64,000 nucleotides of DNA. Source: Podarcis gaigeae. Taxonomy: Eukaryota. Shown here in pieces: positions 1-15,112 of the stretch (within the stretch, counting starts at the first letter, position 1; the number at the start of each line of letters is the position of its first letter). The translations under genes were made by a program, and so were the position numbers. The stretch lies in assembly GCA_964106915.2 (NCBI GenBank), contig OZ066917.1. The stretch is one strand, 5' to 3'. The notes below the pieces were generated by a model. The model saw nothing but the letters and a program-made list of their open reading frames with translations, did not search any database and was not told the origin of the DNA.

Positions 1-248
1 TTCTGGTTCAGTCCTTTTTTATGCTCAACCCAGATACAGTTCAATGAGTAGAATTTTACAGGAGGGGATGTTCTGAAGTTGCTTTAATTGCTAAATTGAA
101 CAGATGTTGCAAGTAAGCAATGAAAGGAACAGCTGGCGTACACATGTGAAAGTGGTTGGCTAGAGCCAGAAGAACACGTGTCTTCCTAACTCAGTTAAAT
201 TTCATGTTTGGAAACTTTCTGCTTTTTACTCTTTTCAATTGCAGTTGA

Positions 249-2857
<2,609 letters not shown>

Positions 2858-3643
2858 CGGGATATTTTCATTGCTTCCCATGTCTGTTTTCCCCCCGTTT
2901 TAATACTTCGTTTTTGCCCCCCTTACTCCCTGGCTCTTTTTATTTTATTTTAATTTTGTTCCACAAAATGCATGAAGTGAAATGGCCTGAGGGTTTTTAA
3001 AATTAAAAGACCTTAGAGGCCAATTACCAGGAATAGCACTTTCTTGCCAGAGATCTGCAGGGTTTTAACAAGTTTCTTATCTGTTTGGTTTTGTTTTTTT
3101 AAAAACTATAAATTTTAATGACATGTCTTTGTTATTCCCAGTGCAGTACATTTTTTCACATCTAAACCTGATATTCAAAAACAATTAACAGGGTAGTGTA
3201 AGCAGGAGAAGGAAGATTTTAATGACACTAATTTTGGCAGTACTGTATGTGTGATATGACCCACTAGGAAATAAACCAGTGCAACCTCTTTCATAAATGT
3301 AGCAATAGAACTTTGTTCTAGATTGTGATACAGTCTTTCCCCCCTCACTCTTACGCCTACCGCTGTATCCCTTTCAACCTTTTTGGCTTGATTGTTGTAA
3401 AAAGGTTGGTAGCCATGAGCTTTCTAAATTAAGTGAAATGATGTCAACATTTGTTTGTTCCATTTCCCCCCCCTCTCTCCTTGTAGTAGGAGCTTCTATT
3501 ACAAGGTGTACCTTCTAATTTGACTAATGTAAGCGTGTATATAAATCTGAATTTTAAAACCCTTTATTTATGCAATGCAATACCTTATTGGATTTTTGTA
3601 TAAGTATTATTCATGTCGCCTAAACTAAAACTTTTGTTTAAAA

Positions 3644-3649
3644 AATAAA
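3644..3649 (+). terminator. Probable CLDND1 polyadenylation signal (AATAAA)
   Basis: AATAAA at the end of an AT-rich, repeat-free stretch about 790 nt after the stop codon. Confidence 0.55.
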
Positions 3650-6355
3650 TCTGAGCAAAGCTCGTGGAATTTTACTGGATTTATATGCAGCCGATGAGAC
3701 AGAAAAATGCATGGAGTACAACTGAAGCTCAGTTTCCACTAAGAGAACCTTGACATGAACTTCTGTCCAAATTTCCATTTTTATGCATATTTAAAAACAT
3801 TATGGAATGGGGAGTAAGGATATGTGGAAGAGGAAAAGTTTGTTGGTCTCATTTCAAACTGATACTAATATAAAACAGACGTGGTACACATTTTTTAAGG
3901 GATCCGCACAGTGGTTCTAACTCAAATTAGTCCAATTGTGTGTTGTGGTCATTGCAAATAAATAGGTAATAATTAGATCCGCTGGGAAGAGACGGTGGGC
4001 CAACCTTGTAGATCCAATCTAGATTATGCTATTCGTTCGTATGGAGAATACATTTCTCTATTTATGCATCAAGGGACCTTTACAAAACATTGGGGAGTGA
4101 AAGGAACCTATGGAATTACACCTGTGACATGAATGGTGGTAGGGATACTGGCCAATAGGCTTCTATGACATTCCCACTGGCACCTTTCAGATTACGCTTG
4201 TCTTGGCAGTAATAGCACAGGGAAGAGGGTTTTGGGGATGGCATTGCAATCTTGAACACTGGGGGAATGTGCCATCCCCACAACGAACAGAGAAGTAGCA
4301 CCTGAGCCATGGGCATCTGGATTGCCCATAACATACGAGTAACCAAAGAACTTGCATGTTTATGTGATCATACAAGTATTCCCTGAGGCTCAAAACTGGC
4401 TTGTCCTGAACATCAACACGTGTGTAACTAACTTGCAACATGCTTATTTTACTTATGTGATCACAGCTTTGCACAGGTGGGTGGAAATAAGCAAGTAAAT
4501 GGAGAATGTCACCCTCCCCACCTGCTCAAAGCTGCAATCACGGGTTTGGGAAGGCAGTGCAAGGGCTCTGGCAACATCCTGGGGCCCTCAAGCCTCCTTC
4601 CCGTAGCTGGACAAAAACCTACCAGGCTTTGGGAAGGAGGTTGGGTTGCTGCCAAAGCCCTCCCACCACCTACCCAAAGCAGGGCAAGCAGCCCTTCACT
4701 TTGCAGGGGACTTGGTTCCAGGAGTTCCTGGTTTTACGTCTTTTTGCGTATATTCTTCGACCCCTGGAACCTAACCTTTATGAGTTGCCTGTGTTGGGCA
4801 AATGCTGTGTTTCTCCACCTTATTGAATGAATCATTTAAATTGCTTTACATATCTGTTTCATTAGAACATGGAGAACAGGAATGGCAGCTTGTTCAACAA
4901 AAGAAGTCACCCCAGAAATGTATCGCTTCATAAGTCTGCATTTCATTTCCTAGTCTTTGCATTGTTAACATGCAGCTTAAATGGATACTGCAAGTCCTCA
5001 GCCATCAACCCTACACTTTCTGTGTGATATGAGAATCTTGTCTCTGCCCTGTGTTCATACTTTCTCATATAGCCAAGGAAAGGAACCTGCACAATCTCTG
5101 TTTGCCCAAAGTGATATTTTAGTAGCCTTCTGTGCAGCACACACACACACTTTTCAAAAAAAGGGAGGGGTCCAAAATCAGTTTGTAACATGGTGTGGAG
5201 GACTTGTGGTTCGAAGAAAGTAAGTAAAATTTATAACAGGCATCCCTAAGCCTTTGAACCCACTAAAATAGCTCTTTGAAGCCCACACTTGAACAGGAAA
5301 TAGTTCTGAGCAGTCACATTTGATAATGTTAACCTACTCCTCACGCCTTCAGCTGAGCCCAGTACCTGGATCTTCCCAACAAACTTCCCAAAGTCTTGTC
5401 ACCAATTCAGAGTCATTAGAATTATATATTTTAAAAATCAGCATTACAAAACAGAGCAGGAGTCAGTTTTGAGGAGACCGTCAACCTATTTATGGACACG
5501 TTCGTGAAAGCCTAAGGGCCGGATACTTTTTAATTTCATTTTAAGGGCAGATCAGTTCCTCTGGAGCTGCATGTATCTGAAACTAGAGGACCTCACCATC
5601 TAATTATGTGCTGCCTTTCCATAGTTGACCATGCTCAAGGCAGTTTACAACATGAAAATAGTTGCATAATTACAGAAATATAACAAAAGTCGCAAGCAAT
5701 AAATAAGAGAATATAATAGATAGACAACAAGATTTTGGTATTTTACAAAAAAAAGGTCAAGATAATAAACTTAAGTCTTGGAAGGCTTCTAGGATGGCTG
5801 ACTGATAATGATAATAAAATGCTGATGCCTATGCAGAAGCAAGGTGTCAAGCCAGGACAATGTCAAGCACATTGAAAACCGCATGATCCAATCACAGACA
5901 TATACTCTTGATCTTTGGAAAGCCAGGATGGGTGGGGACGGCTTGAGGTAAAACTGAAACATTGCTGCTATTATAATGCCTTAATCTGTGTTGTAAGCGG
6001 CAAAACACTGAGAAGGGTGTGTATGTTGTGGTCGCTGTTTCAGTATTGGAAATTGGCCTCAAGCGGTAGAAACTGTGCATAATTTATTGGTTTCAATCCA
6101 GCTAAAATTAGTTGTGACTAATGGTGCACTTCCACGCATGCTTACTTAGAAGTATGTCCTCTTGTGTTAAATGGAGCCTGGGCAACAGGCTGCTATGGGA
6201 AGATGTGCCCTTTCAGATATTTGGATCCCAATACCTATTCAAACACTCCCTGATAGAAGATCTAAGTCCGAGAGTGTGTTTGATAGTCCGAGAGTGTGTT
6301 TCATAGCCCAAACTGATGCTGCACCCATGGAAAGCATACAATTCCCTCTTTAATA

Positions 6356-6581
6356 CAGTGGTACCTCGGGTTAAGTACTTAATTCATTCCGGAGGTCCGT
6401 TCTTAACCTGAAACTGTTCTTAACCTGAAGCACCACTTTAGCTAACGGGGCCTCCTGCTGCTGCCGTGCCAGTGCTGCACGATTTCTGTTCTCATCCTGA
6501 AGCAAAGTTCTTAACCCGAGGTACTATTTCTGGGTTAGCGGAGTCTGTAACTTGAAGCATATGTAACCTGAGGTACCACTG
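6356..6581. mobile_element. Tc1/mariner-type MITE, family A
   Basis: TIR CAGTGGTACCTC(G/A)GGTTA at both ends, flanked by TA; six copies in the window. Confidence 0.9.
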
Positions 6582-7159
6582 TATTGGATTTAATTTTAGG
6601 AGTTGATACAACTGACTGTAAAAGAAATAGTACTATTTGATGATAAATATAGAAGGTCTGACTAAAGCAGTATGGGCCTTACTTCTTGAGAGCTTTAGAT
6701 AAATGTCAAGACCTCATTCCCATCTATTTTATTCATTTATTCTCTTATTTTATCACTCCTTTCCTATGGTGAAAGACTATTGAAGATACCTGAATTTAGT
6801 TTTATGAGGGGAGTGACTGAAAAGAGATTATACCTTAATTGCTGTAAACTGAGTTGCTCTAATAGTTGTTTTGGTTTTTTTAAGATACCCTCGTTCTGTC
6901 ACCCCTGTATCTCACACATGGTATCTCTACCTAGTACTTTATCCATCCTCTTAATGCAGCTGATGAAGTAATCTGTTTCCACCCAAATCCCCTGTCACGA
7001 AATGGCTGATCTTTAGATATTGCAACTGTCATCTTCCTGCACAAATACTGCTACTCTTCTGTATTACGAAGCATGTTATTGGAGACTGGAGAGACCTAAG
7101 ATGATACCCACCATTAGTTATGCTCTAAATAGACCCACTAAAACCAGTGGGTCTACTCT

Positions 7160-7287
7160 TAGAATCATAAAATTGTAGACTTGGAAGGGACCACCAACTC
7201 CCTACAATGCAGGAATCTTTTCCCCAACGTGGGGCTTGAACACATGGCCCTGACATTAAGAGTCTCATGCTCAACTGACTGAGCTGT
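7160..7287 (-). mobile_element. tRNA-Lys-derived SINE with CR1-like 3' tail
   Basis: Minus strand reads AGCTCAGTCAGTTGAGCATGAGACTCTTAATGTCAGGG...TTCAAGCCCCACGTTGGG (tRNA-Lys CTT-like), followed by ...CCCTTCCAAG...ATGATTCTA. Confidence 0.75.
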
Positions 7288-8902
7288 GCCAGAGATTTAG
7301 GCTGCATACACACTAAGCTGTACCTTTGAAGCACATCCCACACCCCACACACCCCAAAAAAAGAATTCTGGGCACATTGGTTCCTGAGAATTGTAGCTCA
7401 GTGAGAGGTAAACTGCAGTGCCTAGAATTCTATGGGGGGGGGGGACACACTTTGAATGTGCTTTAAAAGTATAGTGTTTATGCAGGCTTAGTTGACTATT
7501 GCTCCTACCATTTATTCCGATTTTGTTCAAATGTTGTTACAGATTATATCGTTTGTGAAGAGGAGAGGGCTGGTTCACGGCTCTGTTGTTTTTTAATGTA
7601 CGTATAGAAACCACCAGAAAACATCTGCAGGGTTAGTACATCAACTACAAACATAAAAGGAAGTGGTTAAGTGAGTAATATTTAAAAACAACACCTTCCT
7701 TTGTTGACAGAAAGCCTGCCTTGAGCAATTTGAAGGGCTCAGTGGAAGTGAAAAAAAAGATGGAAGATGCATCTCTATCTTGCTTCTAGAGTTGCATCTG
7801 AGTGTCCAACTGAAAGGTCTTTTGATAGAAATTCCATTCGTTCTGTAGTTTTGGAAATATTGCAGTCTATTTTGTAGACCATACGTAAGTCCCACTATGT
7901 GATGTGTGTTTGATATATATCCAGTTTTTAGCAAGAGTCTTCAAGCAACATTTATATAATGCACCAGATAAAACATTAAAAACTGAGGGTTGTATCCAAC
8001 TTTAGCCCCACCTACACCAAACATTTAAAGAACTATCCTACCACTTTGAGCCATCATGGCTTTCCCCAAAGAATCCTGGGGTCTCTATTTTGTTCAAGGA
8101 GTTAAGAGTTGTTAGGAGACTCATGTTTCCCCTCACAGAGCTACAATTGCCAGTGTTCCCAGAGAAGATGAATAGTTTGTTAAACCATTCTTTCAAGGTC
8201 ACCCTAATGTCATTTTATTTTTACTCCAGCTAGAGGCTTCATCCCACTATAAAGGTCTCTTATTGTGTGTAGTCCTTTCTGTTTCCAGTCTTTTCATTGT
8301 GTTTCTCTAGTACTGCTATAGAAATTCTGTTGTGTTACAGCAAATTTGAGATCCCAATCCTCTCATATGTGTTGAAACACTGCTAAAGAATCCTGTGTCC
8401 TAAACATGTGGAATGTCACATTTTCTGCTAGTTCTTAATCCTGTGGTTATATAAATATTGCAATTGCATATGTATTGCATGAGTTTCAGTTCCCCCCAGT
8501 ATGTTTATCTCATCTAAAAAAACCCAAAAATCCTGGAATGGAGAGAGTTCATGTCTCCCTCAACATCTCCAATGCTTCCAAAAGTTATCAAGGAAGGAAA
8601 AAGAGATAGAAGAGAAGTAGAATTGTAGAAGTAGATGTAGAAATCCAAACTCTGGTCTGTGCTACACTCTTTATTGCTGTTTTCCACTAGGTGGAAGCAG
8701 TGGTTCCCTGTCTGAAACCAATGGACTAGAATATTTCAGTGCTTCTCCAAAATAACTTTAGCAACATTATAAACATTGGCCAAACTACATAAGACGTGGG
8801 ATGGCGGTTGTTGGTAATTGAGGGATGTTGTTTTGTTTTTTTAAGAGGTTTTTCACAGTAGGCTAAGACTAGTCTTCACACAATTCAATTTCATTAGTGT
8901 TA

Positions 8903-9133
8903 CAGTGGTACCTCAGGTTAAGAACTTAATTCGTTCCAGAGGTCCGTTCTTAACTTGAAACTGTTCTTAACCTGAGGTACCACTTTAGCTAAAGGGGACT
9001 CCCGCTGCCCCTGTGCAATTTCTGTTCTCATCCTGAAGCAAAGTTCTTAACCCGAGGTACTGTTTCTGGGTTAATGGAGTCTGTAACCTCAAGCGTCTGT
9101 AAGCTGAAGCATCTGTAACCCGAGGTACCACTG
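8903..9133. mobile_element. Tc1/mariner-type MITE, family A
   Basis: Same TIRs, TA TSD. Confidence 0.9.
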
Positions 9134-9373
9134 TATTTACTCCTATGGCTTTGTTGGTATATGAGTTTCAGACAAGGAAAACACTATGGCCCCTGAAACT
9201 AGAGGTGAGGAATTTATGGCCTTCCAGGTTATGCTAGACTCCAACTGCTCTGAGCCCCAGCTAGCATGGGAACTGTAGTCAACAACATATTGAGGGCCAC
9301 AGGTTGCAAATCCCTGTCTTAAAACCTGTACTGTTTGAAATTAAAGGTTTGGTTAACACCTAAATATATTAGC

Positions 9374-9578
9374 TAAACGGCATTTCCATGCATGCTGGCA
9401 CTCGTCACGGTGTCCCGTTGTGCCGGAAGCGGTTTATTCATGCTGGCCACATGAACCAGAAAGCTGTCTGTGGACAAACATTGGCTCCCTCAATCTGAAG
9501 GGAGATGGGCGCCACACCCCATAGTCACCTTTGACTGGACTTAACCGTCCAGGAGTCTTTTACCTTTGCTTTTACCTT
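9374..9578 (+). mobile_element. 5'-truncated, diverged Sauria SINE
   Basis: ...catgctggccacatga...gactggacttaaccgtccagg...ttttaccttt tail. Confidence 0.75.
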
Positions 9579-11744
9579 AATAGCTAAAGTATTTATAATT
9601 AAACAATCCTGGCTTTTTAAAAGAACCTAGGACTCAGTTTTCAGCTGCAAATAAAACGTTCCAAGTGTGTTTTAAGTGCAGTACACAATGTGACACTAGA
9701 TGGCGATAGTTTATGGAAAATTTGATGTATTTTTAAAAACGCTTTTTTAAAAAAGTGTTTTCAGAATGGTTTTTATATGTGTGTAGATTCCGCCCTAGTT
9801 TCATTTATGCGTTGTTTGGCAGCTGGAAAGCTGCCCTTTCTCCTGCCCCCCTATGTCTCCCTTGTAATTGAGAGAATGACTATTATTCTTTCACTGCTGT
9901 CCTGAGAAGGCTGTGCTGGGGAAGAGACAGTGAAGCTTTGACAGACTGTGACAAGGTGGATAGCAGGAGTTATTGTGGCATGGAAAATACTGGTTTAGGT
10001 CACTTCCAGGTAGGCAACCTGCTTATTGAGCATTCAGCCTGATTCGTTTGCACAAGGTTGTGTGGAGGTTACATGACGTCATTTATTTATTGAGCATTCA
10101 TTGTGGTTTGTTTGTGTGGTGGTTCTACCACATCACATCAAGCAATTGTTACCTCACACTTTCTATTGCATTTTTCCACCACTTTTGTTTCAGCAAAAAG
10201 GCCCATCTTTTTTTATTGTGCTAATCTACTTTAACTGTGCAACCTGAATTTGCTGGAATGCGGCTGATTCCCACTTGCAAAATAGCAACAATCTGGAAGC
10301 ACCCTGTGTGCTGTTTATATTGAAACTTTTGGAGTTTACTTTCTTTCAGCAGCCAAATCCTGGAAGGACAACACTCCATGAATATTCTGCTTTCTTGGTA
10401 GTCTGCTCTAAGAAAGAGAGCTCATTTTCTTTTGGAGATGGAGAATTTAGGGCTGAAATATTCTAATCTGGATGCTGCTTTTCGTTTCTAAAGTTATGAT
10501 AATCCAAGTACGTATGATTAAAATATTGGAAGGGGAAGAAAAAATCTAAGTATTTGAGTTATATTTTTGGTAACAGGATATCTGACCCACAATTTCTTCA
10601 GTACACTTCTATAGTTAAAATACCATTGTCTGCTTTTCCTTTATTTAGGAAAGTAGAGGAAACTACAGTGGAGATGCAAGGCAAAACTAATTTACCCCAT
10701 CTTGCATGGGAAATTGAGCGGTTGTATGGAGCTCTTTCTGCCACTCCATCACTCAGACTGGAACTAACTGCTCCTCGCCCCAGCCAGCTTGGCATGCTCC
10801 ATCCATTTCAATTGCATTTTTTCCTTATTTTCCCTGTTCCAGCTTCCTTCTCTTCCCTGGGTTCCTCCTGCACTGCAGTTCATTGCAAGCCTTTCAATTC
10901 CCCTCCCCATTTCTCCTCCTTCCCTCTCTCACACAGACAGACAAACAAACAAACAAACAAACACATGATGCACACATACTTGCCAGAAGGATAATCTAAA
11001 GAGCATGTATGTGCATGAAATTAGTCTGGGGACCACGAGTTCCCGTTTGCCTTCCAGGCAGAATTGTACAACACGGGGAGAGAAAGAGCGAGAGCGCGCA
11101 TGACATATAACTCAATGGAGCTGTGCAACACCCCACCCCATCCCCCAAACTTCTCTCGGGCATTCATAGATCCAAGCAAGGTTAATTTGCAGGCCAAGGC
11201 CTTGGGGAGCAGAGAGAGGCAAGCAATGGCAATTGCACTGTGTCCTTTGCACAACGAGGAAGAGGTGGGAGGGATTGCAGTTTCATTGTTGAAACCTCAT
11301 GCTCATACATTCTGCTGGGCACTACTGCCCTTTGGTTTTAAGTGCTCTTGTATTTTTAAAAATCATTTTAGTATGCAATATGCAAATAAAACCTCTAAAA
11401 GGCTATAGCCTTTGGGCCTCCAGATGTTGCCAAATTACGGTACAACTCCCTGGCCATTGGCCATGCTTGCTGGGGCTGATGCGAATAGTGATTGATTATT
11501 TGCTATAGTAGGCAGCTAAATGGTTTATCCAACTAACTTAATGAAAAAAGAGATTTTGCACTTAAGAGGCATGATGGATAAATAAATTGAGTTTAGTCCT
11601 GCAATGAATAAATGAGCTGAGTTTTGTTTTGACTTCTTTGTTAATCACTGGAAACCCTTGTTAAGTAGGGCATATTCTCTTATTCTTTTTATTGGAATGT
11701 AGCAGGAGAACCAGTGGGCACTCCTGCTGCCATGTGGTATATGC

Positions 11745-12612
11745 AGGGCTTTTCCTCTTGCTGGAACTTGCCGGAACAGCATTCTGGCACCTCTCAGCTG
11801 GGCCCCAGAAGTGGGGAGAGAGACCTGACCAGTCTCAGCAAAGCCCCGCAAAGCACCTCTAGCCCTGGAGGAGACCCTCCTGGGAGCCAGAAGGGAACAT
11901 TCTCTACGGGCTCTGGATAAGGTCTCCTCACGAGCTGGAGACTCAATGGGGCTTTGGTGAGACTCTTCAGCCTCTCAGCTGATGCACAGAAAGCTGTGCC
12001 TCCTCTAAACAAGCCCCCAGCTGCTCAGCTCACATGAGTCAGAGAAGCATGGGTGGAAGCTTGTTAGGTTGTTCATCTGAGGCATGGAAGCCTCTCTGCA
12101 CTTCAGCTAAGCAAGCCCCAATGCTACTCTGGTTCATGTGAGATGGGAGGGGGGGCTGTTAGGCTGCTCAGCTGAGGCATGGAGGCCTCTCTGTGCCTCA
12201 GCTGAGCAAGCCCCAATGATGGGGGCTCATTAAGCTGCGTGGAAGCCTCCCCTTGCCTCAGCTGAGCAGCTTCAACAAGCCTCTGGCTAATGAGGAGACT
12301 GCCCCTCACCCAGCCCAAAGAGACCTTCTTTGGGCTCTAGGGTGGGTCTTCTGAGGGAGATGCTTTCTGGCACTTGTTTTCTCTAGAAACGTGTTTCCCA
12401 ATGTGGGGCACATGCCCCACAGGGGGGCAATTTGAGAATGAGATATTAGCAGTGAATGGCCTTTTAGGCTTCCTTCACATGAATAGGAGTTCACTTTTTG
12501 GATGATAAGAATTATATGTCACGGGGGGTGGGGGACATCAGGATTTTAGAGATGCTTAGGTGGCATGGCCAAAAAAAGGTTGGGAACCACTGCTCTAGAA
12601 AATAAAGCACTG
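11745..12612. mobile_element. hAT-like non-autonomous element with internal GCTCAGCTGAG repeats, containing a nested MITE
   Basis: Ends CAGGGCTTTT...AAAGCACTG; shorter relatives near 33461 and 57036; repeated CTCAGCTGAG palindromes at about 12020-12270. Confidence 0.6.
12389..12592. mobile_element. hAT (Charlie-group) MITE with 8-bp TSD CTCTAGAA
   Basis: CTCTAGAA at 12381-12388 and 12593-12600; termini GTGTTTCCCAA / TTGGGAACCACTG. Confidence 0.8.
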
Positions 12613-13883
12613 GGTATATGTGGAATTTGAACTCTTCATTTTCCCACTTCTCTTTCTATATCAGATTATGGGACTATGAGTTGAACATAAGAATTCTGGG
12701 CAATAAAGGAAGCTAAAACTGAGATGAAACTGAAATGCACAAGGTTGTGATGACAGATTTTATTTTCATTATGCAGTAGGGCTATTCTGAGAGAGGTGAG
12801 GCTAGTCTGGATTTTTGTTTTTGCTTGAGGCACTGTCCCTCAACAGGGCTCATTTAACCAACACTCATAAAGTGAGAGTAAGAAGGGAGAAACCCAAAAG
12901 GGGATACAAGGGGGGGTGGGGGGGTGGGGAAAGAGGAAGGACAGCAAAAGATCAAGATGGAAAACCTGGAAGAAATAATGGGAAAATGTTAGCAACTGAG
13001 CAACTGTCTAGCTGTCACCATGTCTATAATCTTCCCCGCCTCTCATCTGAATGGAAATAAGGAAAAAGCAGGTTACCACAGGAGAGCTGGCACTGGTTCC
13101 CATAAATGTTATTTATAATAATTTTGTTCCATCTTTTCTAAAAGAAGGAGAAAAATAAGATTCTGAGCAACTAGCAAAATCCCTGAAAATGTTAAAAAAA
13201 CAAAACCCTATATTATACAATAAAAGGCAGATAAAACTCATAAAGAGAATTAAAAACCTAAAAAAGAATAACATGAAGCAGTCCATAACATTAAAACACA
13301 AATGCTTTTTTGACCCAGTTTTTTCACCTGCCTTTTTCACTGCTATCCAATAATTAAATCAGTTTTCACAGAAGAAATGTGAAAGCAAGGAATCCTAAAC
13401 AAAACAGTACTAAAAACAGTCTTGTATAAAATCAATATAGGAACAGGCCTAAAAATAAAACAGGAAAACAGTTTATGCCCAGTTCTGAATCCAATAAAAG
13501 TTCTACAAAAATTATCTCCTGCTTAACCTCAGTGGGAGAACCTAGATAAGAGCCTCTGATGACTCTCCTAAGGACTGTGCAGGTGTGTGTGAGAGAGAGT
13601 TAGGGGACAGTGGGGTTGTACTGGATTCATTAGGATTCAAATTGCTGGAATAGCCAAGCCAGGTTCTTGATAGTGACCCCCAAAGTATGGGCCTTTAATG
13701 AAACAAAATAAGTGGCTCTCTGGGTGTGCCTGCTTCCCTCCACTGTCTGGTAATAAGAAAGACAAAAGCCAGAGTTGATGTTTGTGAGCTAGAAGCCAGA
13801 GGCAATAAGCAGGCTGGGCAACTGAGAGAAAGATTTCTGCTGGAATCCAAGGCTGTGGCTGGGTGAAGCAAGACCCTCTTGGG

Positions 13884-14115
13884 TAGGGTTACCAGACCCT
13901 AGTTCCTGGGGACAGTCCCTGGATTTGCAAATCTGTCCCCGGACAAATTCCGTCCCCGGAATGTCCCCAGATTTGCAAATCTGTCCCCGGGAAATGTGGC
14001 AGTGGCAGCCTCAGCAGCCCAGAGCCAACCTGGTAGCGCAGTTGGCCCTGGCTGGCTTCAGGAGCTGCTCGCTGCTTCCGCCACTGCCAAGGGGGAACCA
14101 GGGACATCTGGCGGT
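13884..14115. mobile_element. hAT-like fragment (TAGGGTTACCAGA terminus, GTCCCC subterminal repeats)
   Basis: Repeated gatttgcaaatctgtccccgg units. Confidence 0.5.
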
Positions 14116-14120
14116 ACAGA

Positions 14121-14453
14121 TCTCCTGCCCCCTTCCTCCTTTGTTTTGACAGATTGGGGGAGGCTCAGGAGTCACGGGCAGATGGGCGTTGGCCAGGAGG
14201 GGCGCAAGGCATGTGATTTCTCTGCCAGGCAAGGTGCAAAGCCCTTCTTTTGCACCCTGTGAAACATAAATGTGCAGAGTTTTTTTTAAAAAAACTGGGC
14301 AACAGCCACCTGCCCATGACTCCCAAGCTTCCCCCGATATGTCAAAACAAAGGGGGAAGGGGGCAGGAGACCAGGGGAGGCTCGGGAGTTATGGGCGGGT
14401 GGCTGTTGCCCAGTTTTTTGAAAAAAACTCTGCACATCTATGTTTCACAGGGT
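14121..14453. repeat. Complex overlapping inverted repeat
   Basis: 14254-14335 is the reverse complement of 14374-14453; 14121-14196 is the reverse complement of 14295-14370. Confidence 0.85.
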
Positions 14454-14882
14454 CAATTAGTGTGTTGAAATCTCAGGAAATTGTAGGTAGAAGCTTATTG
14501 TTTCAGCTTGGCATTTGCAGTTGTTGTTTTTTTTAATTAGAAAATTCCTGCCAGTGCCTATAAACTCAAATGCTACACGGTTATGAAAGTTGGACTGTAG
14601 CAAACACAGCAGTGAAGCGACTTGGAGGGGTCAGCTGAGGATGTAAGCAAACAGCTTAGGAAAGGAGCTACTGGCTTATTGGCTGCAGCATCTAAACCTG
14701 TCCAAGAGACATAATTCCCTCCCGACAACCCCTCCTGAAAGGAACAACGTGCAAACAGAGGCATTGAGCTGTGTTTGCCAGATGTGTTCTTAGTAAGGTA
14801 AAGGTTCTTAGTGACATGGGCCTTCCATCAGTCTCTGGACAGTGGGCACTTGAAAAGCAGAAGGAAGTGTCTCACCTTTAAC

Positions 14883-14914
<32 letters not shown>

Positions 14915-15072
14915 TATATTTAGCTCTGAGAGTAGAGGAGCAGCCTTCTCAGAGTGTTTATACACTCCCACTCCTTGGCTCAGTTTGACAGCAGAACTAC
15001 AGGGAGACTCTAGACAGCCAGGCTATGCGTGTCCGAGTGAAAGGGTGGGGGTCATTCTGAGTTGACCTCCAA

Positions 15073-15112
15073 ATGGAACTCCGGCTGGTGACACTGCTGT
15101 TTTTTCAAGCAG
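15073..15112 (+). CDS. PLA2G10-like signal-peptide exon
   Basis: aaATGG context; MELRLVTLLFFQA then G|gtaagt; phase 1 joins the exon at 17744 in frame. Confidence 0.8.

Noticed and set aside
6265-6306. Short perfect tandem duplications (also 41577-41611 and 59640-59690)
   Set aside because: These are two-copy 17-24 bp slippage duplications with no sign of function.
7160-7287. Functional tRNA-Lys gene (also 38123 and 41291)
   Set aside because: Stems are degenerate and the sequence is fused to a CR1-like tail in several copies, so these are SINEs.
12020-12290. CRISPR-like or regularly spaced palindromic array (CTCAGCTGAG units)
   Set aside because: Vertebrate DNA, irregular degenerate units without unique spacers, and located inside a hAT-like element.
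3700-14000. Additional gene between CLDND1 and the PLA2 (for example ORFs at 10554 and 11064)
   Set aside because: No recognisable domain or consistent splice-phase chain; the ORFs include simple repeats and transposon sequence.
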